A stretch of 64,000 nt of DNA from Dehalococcoidales bacterium. GTDB lineage: Bacteria > Chloroflexota > Dehalococcoidia > Dehalococcoidales > UBA5627. The translations under genes were made by a program, and so were the position numbers. Positions within the stretch are counted from its first letter, which is position 1. Every line of letters begins with the position of its first letter. Below, one piece after another: positions 18,894 through 25,958 of the stretch. The notes under the pieces were generated by a model. It was not told where the DNA came from, did no database searches, and was given only the letters and a program-made list of their open reading frames with translations. The stretch covers positions 19,862 to 83,861 of the forward strand of contig DAOUFJ010000018.1 of assembly GCA_034429935.1 (NCBI GenBank), read 5' to 3'.

Positions 18894-19581
18894 TTTGAGC
18901 AAAGTCATCATTATCGAAGATAGCGATGAAATTGTTGAGACCACCTCGCTTACTCTGCAAATACGCTGGCCGAATGTTGAGATCCATACTTCCGATAGCG
19001 GGAAGAAAGGATTGACCATGATAGAGAAACATCATCCATCTATTGTTATCCTTGATTTGGGGCTACCTGATATGAGCGGGTTTGATGTTTTAAAGGATAT
19101 TCGTAGCTTCTCTGATATTCCGGTTTTAATACTGACGGTAAGAGGGGACGAAGCGGACGTAGTGAAGGGGCTGGAGCTGGGTGCCGATGGATATGTTATT
19201 AAGCCCTTCCGGCAGATGGAACTGCTGTCAAGAATAAGAGCTATTCTGCGCAGGCAGGGTGCTATTTATGAGGATAATATAATTGCCGTTGACAACTTTA
19301 GGTTCAATCCCTCCGAGCAGATGGTAACAATTGATGGGAGGCAAATAACACTTACCCGCAGCGAAAATCTTATTCTTTTTAAATTGATTAAAAATCCCAA
19401 TATGGTGATGAGCTACTCACGATTAGCGGAAGCTGTATGGGGTAGCGATTATCCGTGTGCATCTGCCAGTTTAAAAGTACATATACGTCGTCTGCGTCAA
19501 AAAATTGAACGGAATCCGGCTCATCCAACATTCATCCTGACTAAAAGAGGGCTGGGTTACCTGTTTTCTAAAACGAGCTAG
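18886..19581 (+). CDS. OmpR/PhoB-family response regulator (receiver + winged-helix DNA-binding domain)
   Basis: The track ORF starts at 18784. I place the start at ATG 18886 (MNDLSKVIIIEDSDE), which overlaps the kinase stop by 8 nt. Receiver (ILDLGLPDMSG, VIKPF) plus Trans_reg_C (LTRSENLILFKL...VHIRRLRQKIE...LTKRGLGY). Confidence 0.88.
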   Translation: MNDLSKVIIIEDSDEIVETTSLTLQIRWPNVEIHTSDSGKKGLTMIEKHHPSIVILDLGLPDMSGFDVLKDIRSFSDIPVLILTVRGDEADVVKGLELGADGYVIKPFRQMELLSRIRAILRRQGAIYEDNIIAVDNFRFNPSEQMVTIDGRQITLTRSENLILFKLIKNPNMVMSYSRLAEAVWGSDYPCASASLKVHIRRLRQKIERNPAHPTFILTKRGLGYLFSKTS

Positions 19582-19695
19582 CTTCAATATTGATTCACTA
19601 TACACTGCTGCGGCTGTAAATAGTTTGAGCAGTCGTTTCTATTCTCCACTGAAAAATATCCCTGTATTTTTAACCTCCGTTCGGCGTTTTGTTAT

Positions 19696-19717
19696 CAAAC
19701 TGTAACCAAACTGTAAT
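19696..19717 (+). promoter_or_regulatory. Candidate OmpR-type regulator binding site (tandem 11-bp direct repeat)
   Basis: CAAACTGTAAC followed directly by CAAACTGTAAT (10/11 identical, one helical turn apart). Lies about 150 bp upstream of the receiver gene and molybdoenzyme operon, and just downstream of the OmpR-family regulator gene. Confidence 0.35.
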
Positions 19718-19865
19718 CAACAATTTACTCTATCACGTTCAAAATTAACCGACTCGTAACTATAGCATTATATTATTGTCCCCGACATCAGATGATATGG
19801 GCTCTGTAGTTAGAACCATCACAATTAAGTATACCCTCAAGAGAGCTACTGGTGGCAAAAATCAG

Positions 19866-20267
19866 ATGAAGATATTTATTGCCGATTCCAATAATGAAGC
19901 TATGGAAGGTATGGTATCGATTTTAAACCGACGCCAACCCGATTGGACGGTGGTTATCATGAATTCCGGCAAGCAATGTCTCGATACATTAAGAAACGGC
20001 AGTTGCCCGGATGCATTTATTTTGGGCATACAACTTACCGATATGTCCGGTTTAGAACTGGTCATTAAGATTCGCGATGATTCCGATATGCCTATCATCG
20101 TCTTATCCAGTGATGAAGATATTCATACGCTGGTAGAAACCTTTGATGCGGGGGCCAATGATTATATAGTCAAACCTTTCAATGAGGTTATATTCGTTGC
20201 CCGTTTAAAGGCACTGGTCAGGCGAAGAATATGGAATAGTCAGGCAATTTATAATCAATTGAAGTAA
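19866..20267 (+). CDS. Stand-alone response-regulator receiver
   Basis: The track ORF starts at a TTG at 19776. The likely start is ATG 19866 (MKIFIADSNNEAMEG...). Receiver motifs ILGIQLTDMSGLE and IVKPF, no output domain. Confidence 0.8.
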   Translation: MKIFIADSNNEAMEGMVSILNRRQPDWTVVIMNSGKQCLDTLRNGSCPDAFILGIQLTDMSGLELVIKIRDDSDMPIIVLSSDEDIHTLVETFDAGANDYIVKPFNEVIFVARLKALVRRRIWNSQAIYNQLK

Positions 20268-20381
20268 GTGTATCCCTGATATAGCCAGTATTAACGGCAG
20301 GAACTATGGGTTTAAAAAGTGGAGGTGATGCCTATTCAACAATTTATTATTAGTATCTATAACCAATGAAAGGAGAAAGAA

Positions 20382-23345
20382 TTGAAAGAAGAAAAAAGAA
20401 AACACACAGAGAATGAAGGGAAAAAGCAATCTAATGAAGTTTCGAGAAGAGACTTTCTGGTTGGTGCCAGCACTGTAGTCGTTGGTGGCGCTATCGGCGC
20501 TGGAATGTTTTCAAGCTGCGATGGAGAAACTGTTACCAAGACGATTGAGACCACTAAGACAGTTGAAAAGACAACGACGTTGGTTGGTAGTGGGGCGGTT
20601 ACCGTAACTGAGACCAAACAGGTGGGAGCTGATGAGACGATAACTTCAACAGTTACTTCCACTAAAATAGAAGGTGGCGTTGAGCCGGCATTTGAGGAAG
20701 AGACAACTGTAATAAAACAAATTAGTCCCGGTGGTATAACCGGAGAGCCTTGCTGCGTTGATGTCAAGAACGGCAAAATAGTCAGGATCAGACCGTTGCA
20801 TTATGACTGGAAGTATACTAAAGATGAACTTGCTGATGCCCTGTGGGCTTATGAGGCCAAAGGCAAGACTTTTGAAGCAGGCATAAAATCACTACCCAGT
20901 TACTTTGCCTTAGCCTATAAAAAGAGGATTTATTCCCCTATTAGAACCAAATATCCGCTACAGAGAGTCGATTGGGAGCCCGGTGGCGGCGACAATGTGA
21001 ATCCGCAGAATCGTGGTAAAAGCAAGTTCAAGAGAATTACTTGGGATGAGGCTACCAGTATAGTCGCCAGCGAAATAAAGAGGGTAAGAGAGACATATGG
21101 TAATTATGCCATATTATGTATAGGAGCAGACGGGCATCACGAGACCAAGAATGTTCATTCCGGCCAGGGTGCTCATATGATGCTTATGAATTTGTGTGGA
21201 GGTTATACCCTCGAGTTCAGGAATGCCGACAGCTGGGAAGGATGGTACTGGGGGGCGATGCATGTATGGGGAACCGGAGAAAACGGGCTTGCGGCTGGGA
21301 ATGCATCAGCAACCGTTACCGGAGACACCATAGAGGTAAACTCTATGCAGACTTCACTTTTCGATACTTCAGAGAACACTGAGATGATTGTGTATACGGG
21401 CTGTGATTATGAGACTACACCCCAGGGATTTGCCGGCCAGTATATGAGCAGAGTGGCGTCTTGGCTGGGAGAATTGGGAATAAAACAGGTATATGTATCG
21501 CCCGAACTGAATTATCAGGGCGCCGCACATCCGGACAAATGGATACCGGTACTGCCCAACACGGATATGTGCTGGCAAATGGCTGTGATATATATCTGGA
21601 TAGTGGAGGATACCTACGACAAAGATTTTGTTGAGACTCATACAATAGGTTTTGATAAGATAAGGGCCTATATCTTGGGAGAAGATGATGGTATTCCCAA
21701 GACGCCAGCGTGGGCGGCACCGAGGTGTGGCATGAAAGAGTGGACGATTAAGGCTCTGGCTAGGCAATGGGCGGCCAAAAAAACGTCAACAGGCCATTAC
21801 TTTGGAAGTCCTATGGCCAGGGGCCCGTATTCGACTGAACCGGCCAGGTGGGAAGCAGTACAGCTAGGAATGCAGGGGATAGGTAAACCGGGTGTCATGC
21901 AACTCTACGGCTCGACGCTGGCTGCACCTCCCCATGTCGGGCCGGCGGTCGGGATGACAATGGCGTTAGGCAGGTATCTGCCATTCTCGGCTACGCCACA
22001 GGTTATCGCCAGGACTCTGGTTCACCGGGCTATTATAGACGGACATTCCGAGCAATGGGGTCTTACCGGATTCATGCCGGTTGACGACCAGTTTATTAAA
22101 TATATCTACCCAATAGCCTCCGATGAGGGAGGTACCGAGATCCATATGGCATGGAGTGAAAAGCCCTGTAATACTGCTTGTTGGAACCATAGTAACAAGT
22201 TCATAGATGCCTTCAGAACCTCTAAGATAGAATGCTATGTCGTTAATCATCAATGGCTTCAGAACGATGCTATATTTGCCGATATAGTATTTCCTGTTAG
22301 CTGCCAGTGTGAGGAAGACGATATATATTCTATCTCGACCCCTTGCTCTGTAGAACTGGCGGGCGTTTGCGTATCGAAAAAGGCTGTAAAACCCATAGGG
22401 GAGTCTAAGAGCGACTACGAGATAGCTGCTGCGGTGTCCAAAAAGTTGGAGGAGTATGGTGGCCAGTATGAAGGTCTGTACGACGCATATACCGAAGACA
22501 TGACTATTGAAGAGAGGATAGAATCGGGCTTTGCGCAGTTTGAACTGGATGACATAATCAGTTGGGAGGATATGCAGGAAAAGCAGTACTGTTTAACTCC
22601 GCTGGTGCCCGGTTGGGAACAAATAAAGCCTACTATGAAATCGTTTTATGACGACCCCGAGTCAAACCCGCTGGATCTGCCATCAGGCAAAATGGAGTTT
22701 TATTCTGATAGATTGGCTACAAGCTTCCCTGATGACAAAGAAAGAGGGCCAATGCCTAAATATGTAATAGGCGGCCCTGAATCTGAAGGTTGGATACATG
22801 ATGAAAGTCTATATGGTGAGAGGGTAAAAAAGTATCCTCTGCTTCTGGAAGCGAACCATCCAAGGTGGAGACATCATCCGCAATGTGATGATATAGCCTG
22901 GTTCAGGGAAATCCCGACTATGAAGATCAAAGGTTACGATGGCTATATGTACGAGCCGGTCTGGATACATCCCACAACTGCTGCAGAGAGGGGCATAGAG
23001 CATGGTGATATCGTTAAAGTATATAACGATAGAGGAATCGAGCTCGGTGGAGCCTATGTAACTGAAAGGATGATCCCCGGAGCAGCACATATGGATCACG
23101 GCGCTGCAGTTGACATGATAACGGATAGAATTAATAGAGGAGGAACTGTCAATCCAATAACACCTGAGATGGGAAGTTCTAAATATTGTTGGGGAATGGC
23201 TGTATCCGGTTTTCTGGTTCAAGTTGAAAAGCTTGATCCGGCGCAGATGGAGGAATGGCGAAAGACTTATCCTGAAGCATTTGCCAGAGATTATGATCCG
23301 GCCTATGGAATTAAATATGATGGTTGGGTTGAAAAGGAGGTATAG
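20382..23345 (+). CDS. Exported molybdopterin (DMSO-reductase-superfamily) oxidoreductase catalytic subunit; TAT signal + lipobox + Thr-rich stalk; pyrogallol-transhydroxylase-like (no FS0 Cys motif)
   Basis: 987 aa. Twin-arginine SRRDFLVG (RR at 20445-20450), hydrophobic region, then MFSSC (Cys46 at 20517-20519). About 65 aa of T/V/E/K-rich linker follows. The molybdopterin fold then starts at CCVDVKNGKIVRIRP without a CxxCxxxC...C cluster motif. C-terminal MopB_CT-like barrel (GDIVKVYNDRGIELGGAYVTERMIPGAAHMDHG). Confidence 0.8.
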   Translation: MKEEKRKHTENEGKKQSNEVSRRDFLVGASTVVVGGAIGAGMFSSCDGETVTKTIETTKTVEKTTTLVGSGAVTVTETKQVGADETITSTVTSTKIEGGVEPAFEEETTVIKQISPGGITGEPCCVDVKNGKIVRIRPLHYDWKYTKDELADALWAYEAKGKTFEAGIKSLPSYFALAYKKRIYSPIRTKYPLQRVDWEPGGGDNVNPQNRGKSKFKRITWDEATSIVASEIKRVRETYGNYAILCIGADGHHETKNVHSGQGAHMMLMNLCGGYTLEFRNADSWEGWYWGAMHVWGTGENGLAAGNASATVTGDTIEVNSMQTSLFDTSENTEMIVYTGCDYETTPQGFAGQYMSRVASWLGELGIKQVYVSPELNYQGAAHPDKWIPVLPNTDMCWQMAVIYIWIVEDTYDKDFVETHTIGFDKIRAYILGEDDGIPKTPAWAAPRCGMKEWTIKALARQWAAKKTSTGHYFGSPMARGPYSTEPARWEAVQLGMQGIGKPGVMQLYGSTLAAPPHVGPAVGMTMALGRYLPFSATPQVIARTLVHRAIIDGHSEQWGLTGFMPVDDQFIKYIYPIASDEGGTEIHMAWSEKPCNTACWNHSNKFIDAFRTSKIECYVVNHQWLQNDAIFADIVFPVSCQCEEDDIYSISTPCSVELAGVCVSKKAVKPIGESKSDYEIAAAVSKKLEEYGGQYEGLYDAYTEDMTIEERIESGFAQFELDDIISWEDMQEKQYCLTPLVPGWEQIKPTMKSFYDDPESNPLDLPSGKMEFYSDRLATSFPDDKERGPMPKYVIGGPESEGWIHDESLYGERVKKYPLLLEANHPRWRHHPQCDDIAWFREIPTMKIKGYDGYMYEPVWIHPTTAAERGIEHGDIVKVYNDRGIELGGAYVTERMIPGAAHMDHGAAVDMITDRINRGGTVNPITPEMGSSKYCWGMAVSGFLVQVEKLDPAQMEEWRKTYPEAFARDYDPAYGIKYDGWVEKEV

Positions 23346-23350
23346 ATTAA

Positions 23351-24163
23351 ATGAAGGCTTTTGTCATAAATGTCAATAAGTGTACAGGGTGTTATTGCTG
23401 CCAGATTGGATGTAAGGATGAGCATTGTGGTAACGATTGGACGCCTTATGCTAAGCCTCAACCGGAGTGGGGGCAGTTCTGGATCAAGTTAAATGAGATT
23501 GAGAGAGGACAAATACCGCAAGTCAAGGTAAGCTATATCCCAATCCTTTGTCAGCACTGTGTAGACGCGCCGTGTATTCAGGCATGTCCTATAGAAGGGG
23601 CTTTGTACACTAGGGATGATGGACTGGTTATTATCGATCCCAAGAAATGCACCGGGTGCCGGAACTGTATTGATGTTTGTCCTTACGATGCTATCTTCTA
23701 TAATGATGCTCTTGCTCTTGCGCAGAAGTGCACTGGCTGTGCGCATATTCTGGACAGGGGATGGCCAATTACGGAACCCAGATGTGTTGATAATTGCCCG
23801 CATGGAGCCATTGTTATAGGTGAAGAGTCTGCTCTGTCCAATTCAATGGTCGGGTCGGAAACACTGCATTCTGAATACGATCTTACCACCAAGGTCCATT
23901 ATATAGGGCTGCCCAAGAGGTTTGTTGCCGGTACTGTTTATGATTCGACTAACAATGAAGTAGTTATCGGTGCTACCTGTACCCTGACTGGAATTGCAGG
24001 ATCTGCGGAAACTACAACAGATGTTTTTGGTGATTTTTGGATTGAAGATTTGAAAGAGGGTGACTTTACGTTAACGATAGCCAGTGGGAGTACGAGTAAA
24101 ACGATAACCGGGAGCACTGTTGATGGAGATATAGGCTTGGGTGATGTAGATATCAACGGGTAG
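23351..24163 (+). CDS. Fe-S electron-transfer (beta) subunit with C-terminal Ig-like/carboxypeptidase-regulatory-like domain
   Basis: 270 aa. Four Cys groups: CTGCYCCQIGC, CQHCVDAPCIQACP, CTGCRNCIDVCP, CTGCAH...CVDNCP. The C-terminal ~80 aa (VAGTVYDSTNNEVVIGATCTLTG...TDVFGDFWIEDLKEGDFTLTI) looks like a CarboxypepD_reg beta-sandwich. Starts 5 nt after the alpha-subunit stop. Confidence 0.85.
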   Translation: MKAFVINVNKCTGCYCCQIGCKDEHCGNDWTPYAKPQPEWGQFWIKLNEIERGQIPQVKVSYIPILCQHCVDAPCIQACPIEGALYTRDDGLVIIDPKKCTGCRNCIDVCPYDAIFYNDALALAQKCTGCAHILDRGWPITEPRCVDNCPHGAIVIGEESALSNSMVGSETLHSEYDLTTKVHYIGLPKRFVAGTVYDSTNNEVVIGATCTLTGIAGSAETTTDVFGDFWIEDLKEGDFTLTIASGSTSKTITGSTVDGDIGLGDVDING

Positions 24164-24171
24164 TTAAGTTA

Positions 24172-24212
24172 TATAAAGGGGGGGAGCGTTTAGGCCCTTC
24201 CCCCCCTTTATA
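24172..24212. other. Intercistronic perfect 14-bp-stem hairpin flanked by 8-bp direct repeats
   Basis: TATAAAGGGGGGGA (24172-24185), a 13-nt loop, then TCCCCCCCTTTATA (24199-24212). TAGTTAAG occurs at 24161-24168 and again at 24211-24218. Confidence 0.7.
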
Positions 24213-24243
24213 GTTAAGAAAATAAGAAAGGATTAAGGTAGCT

Positions 24244-24798
24244 ATGAGCAGTTTTAGAGAATGGATATTTCGAGGCTTGGTTATAATAGCTATTGGTTTA
24301 CTGTTTTTATCGTGGTTTACACCGTGGTGGAATGCTGATGTCCTGTCGATAGGTGGCTCTATTACAATACATCCATGGGGGCTCGAAAGTAACTTGGGGT
24401 ACTTCGCCACGTATATGACCGGTGCCGATATGCCGGTCTGGTTTGCTCCAATGATGTGGATTTATCTGGGATTATGTGTCGCCATGTTATTAGCCAGCTT
24501 CTTTGTAAAAGAAAGAGTGTTTAGCCTTGGCAGGTTCAAGCTTCCATGGAATCGATTACTTATTGGAGTTGCCGGTTTTTCATATATAATCGTTGTTGTT
24601 ACGGCTTTTATTTATGCCTCGATAAGCACTGGTAAGTATGGTATTCAGTTCGTAGGACGCTCGTTTGTCAAGGTCGGGCCAGAGGGGACATATGTGGAGT
24701 CGGGTCTGTTGTGGGGATATTGGCTGGCTTGTGCAGTGGGGCTTTTTCTTGTCCTTCTCGCTTTGGCACGTAACAAGATAGTGGGTAAGCCCAAATAG
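24244..24798 (+). CDS. Uncharacterised 4-5-TM membrane protein (putative anchor subunit of the molybdoenzyme)
   Basis: 184 aa, hydrophobic helices, no family recognised (not NrfD/DmsC-like by eye). Assignment is by operon position only. Confidence 0.5.
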   Translation: MSSFREWIFRGLVIIAIGLLFLSWFTPWWNADVLSIGGSITIHPWGLESNLGYFATYMTGADMPVWFAPMMWIYLGLCVAMLLASFFVKERVFSLGRFKLPWNRLLIGVAGFSYIIVVVTAFIYASISTGKYGIQFVGRSFVKVGPEGTYVESGLLWGYWLACAVGLFLVLLALARNKIVGKPK

Positions 24799-24912
24799 AC
24801 TGATTTGTGAAAATATTCTAGCCAGTAAAAGTCACGAAAATAAGCAGGAGGTTTTTCCAATCCAGTGAATGAAGTGTATTGTATAGTCACACATGTTTAA
24901 GAGGAAGATTAA

Positions 24913-25455
24913 GTGATGGTTGCCCTGTTGAGAAAATTTCACGCGGTGTTTTTCATCACTATACTTATTTTTATAACAGCCTTCCTGCTTGTTATTACGG
25001 ATGATGTTACAAGGGAAAAGTTGAAAGCCAAGCAGGATAAACAAATAGTGGAGATGCTCGAGGGAATATTCCCAGAAGCTAGTTTTTATACAGTTGAGAA
25101 TGATATATATACAATATACAACGACGGTAGGAATGAGATAGGCTATGCCTTTTATGCAGCAGGGAAGGGATGTGGTGGGGAGATTGTTGTTTTTGTCGGT
25201 CTCAAGAACATGGAGACGATACAGGGGATAGTTGTTATCTCACACAAAGAGAGACGATTAAGCGGTTTGGAATCTACTGTAGGACTGGATTTCACTCCGC
25301 TTGTCGCTCAATTTGTTGGTTTAAGAATTGATGATTGTTATCTGGTAAAAAAAGGGGGGCAGGTGGATGGAGTAAGCGGAGCGACTATAAGCTCTACAGC
25401 TCTGGTTGATATTGTTCGTAATGCAGCACTGGAAAAGGTCGCATTGATAGGTTAG
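24913..25455 (+). CDS. Membrane-anchored FMN_bind-domain protein (covalent-flavinylation motif)
   Basis: 180 aa. One N-terminal TM helix, then an RnfG/NosR-type FMN-binding domain ending in DGVSGATISS. The predicted flavinylated Thr158 is encoded at 25384-25386. Confidence 0.8.
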   Translation: MMVALLRKFHAVFFITILIFITAFLLVITDDVTREKLKAKQDKQIVEMLEGIFPEASFYTVENDIYTIYNDGRNEIGYAFYAAGKGCGGEIVVFVGLKNMETIQGIVVISHKERRLSGLESTVGLDFTPLVAQFVGLRIDDCYLVKKGGQVDGVSGATISSTALVDIVRNAALEKVALIG

Positions 25456-25472
25456 ATTGTAAAACTGTGCAA

Positions 25473-25536
25473 GGTCGCCCAGAAAATCTGGGATATAATG
25501 AAAGAACAGGCTCCCAAGGTTTTCGGGGATTTGTAA
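25473..25536 (+). pseudogene. thyX: Orphan 3'-terminal fragment of a thyX gene (last 20 codons + stop)
   Basis: 64 nt align without gaps to thyX 16881-16944, with 54/64 identical by my count. The fragment encodes VAQKIWDIMKEQAPKVFGDL*; thyX encodes VAQKIADIMKVQAPKVFGDL*. Homology stops at a TAG at 25454-25456 upstream, and no upstream thyX body is present. Confidence 0.8.
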
Positions 25537-25564
25537 ATTTGAAAGGCAGTATTAAATAACATTC

Positions 25565-25923
25565 ATCATCCTTCATCCAATTGCAACTGGATGACATCCC
25601 GACTAGTCGAGACTTATGATAAAGCTTCCTTCGGGGGAGGCCTTTAAACGTTGTAATTGCGAGATGTTATAATTTCCGTTCGTCCTGAGTCCCGATTCAT
25701 CGGGAAAGGATTTTAGCTGAAATCTGCCCAACGTTACCGCCGCTATGGTTCGACAGGCTCACCACGAACGGCTCTCGTTGTGTCATTTCCGTAAAGAAAA
25801 AAATGTCATTGTCATGCTGAGTTCGTGAGGGACGAACTCAACATCTGGGGTGGGGGATATTTATAATAATACTTTTTCCACCCCCAAGATTCTTCGGTCG
25901 TTACACTCCCTCCAGAATGACAG
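25565..25923. repeat. Intergenic array of modular palindromic repeats (array R2)
   Basis: Contains ...GGATGACA, TCCCGACTAGTCGAGAC (25597-25613), GTCCTGAGTCCCGATTCATCGGGAAAGG, CGCCGCTATGGTTCGACAGGCTCACCACGAACGG, GTCATGCTGAGTTCGTGAGGGACGAACTCAACATCTGGGGTGGGGGA (25811-25857) and GATTCTTCGGTCGTTACACTCCCTCCAGAATGACAG (25888-25923). Confidence 0.8.
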
Positions 25924-25958
25924 TAAGTTTGGATTTTTTTAAAAACAGTATAAATCCC

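Noticed and set aside
20357-20776. 139-aa minus-strand Val/Ser/Thr-rich ORF (also 56020-56259 minus and 54352-54582 plus)
   Set aside because: These are reverse-complement readings of the Thr-rich stalk-coding tracts, where ACN codons read as NGT (Val) on the other strand. Each is nested in a supported gene on the opposite strand.
24153-24410. 85-aa minus-strand ORF across the beta-subunit/membrane-subunit junction
   Set aside because: It reads through the 14-bp-stem hairpin and is antisense to the start of the membrane-subunit gene, so it is an artefact.
16945-25472. Calling the thyX-bounded block a bona fide mobile element or genomic island
   Set aside because: No integrase, transposase, excisionase or conjugation gene lies inside or next to it. 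Only the duplicated thyX 3' end and a by-eye compositional shift support foreign origin. It is therefore reported as a scar or hypothesis, not annotated as a mobile_element.
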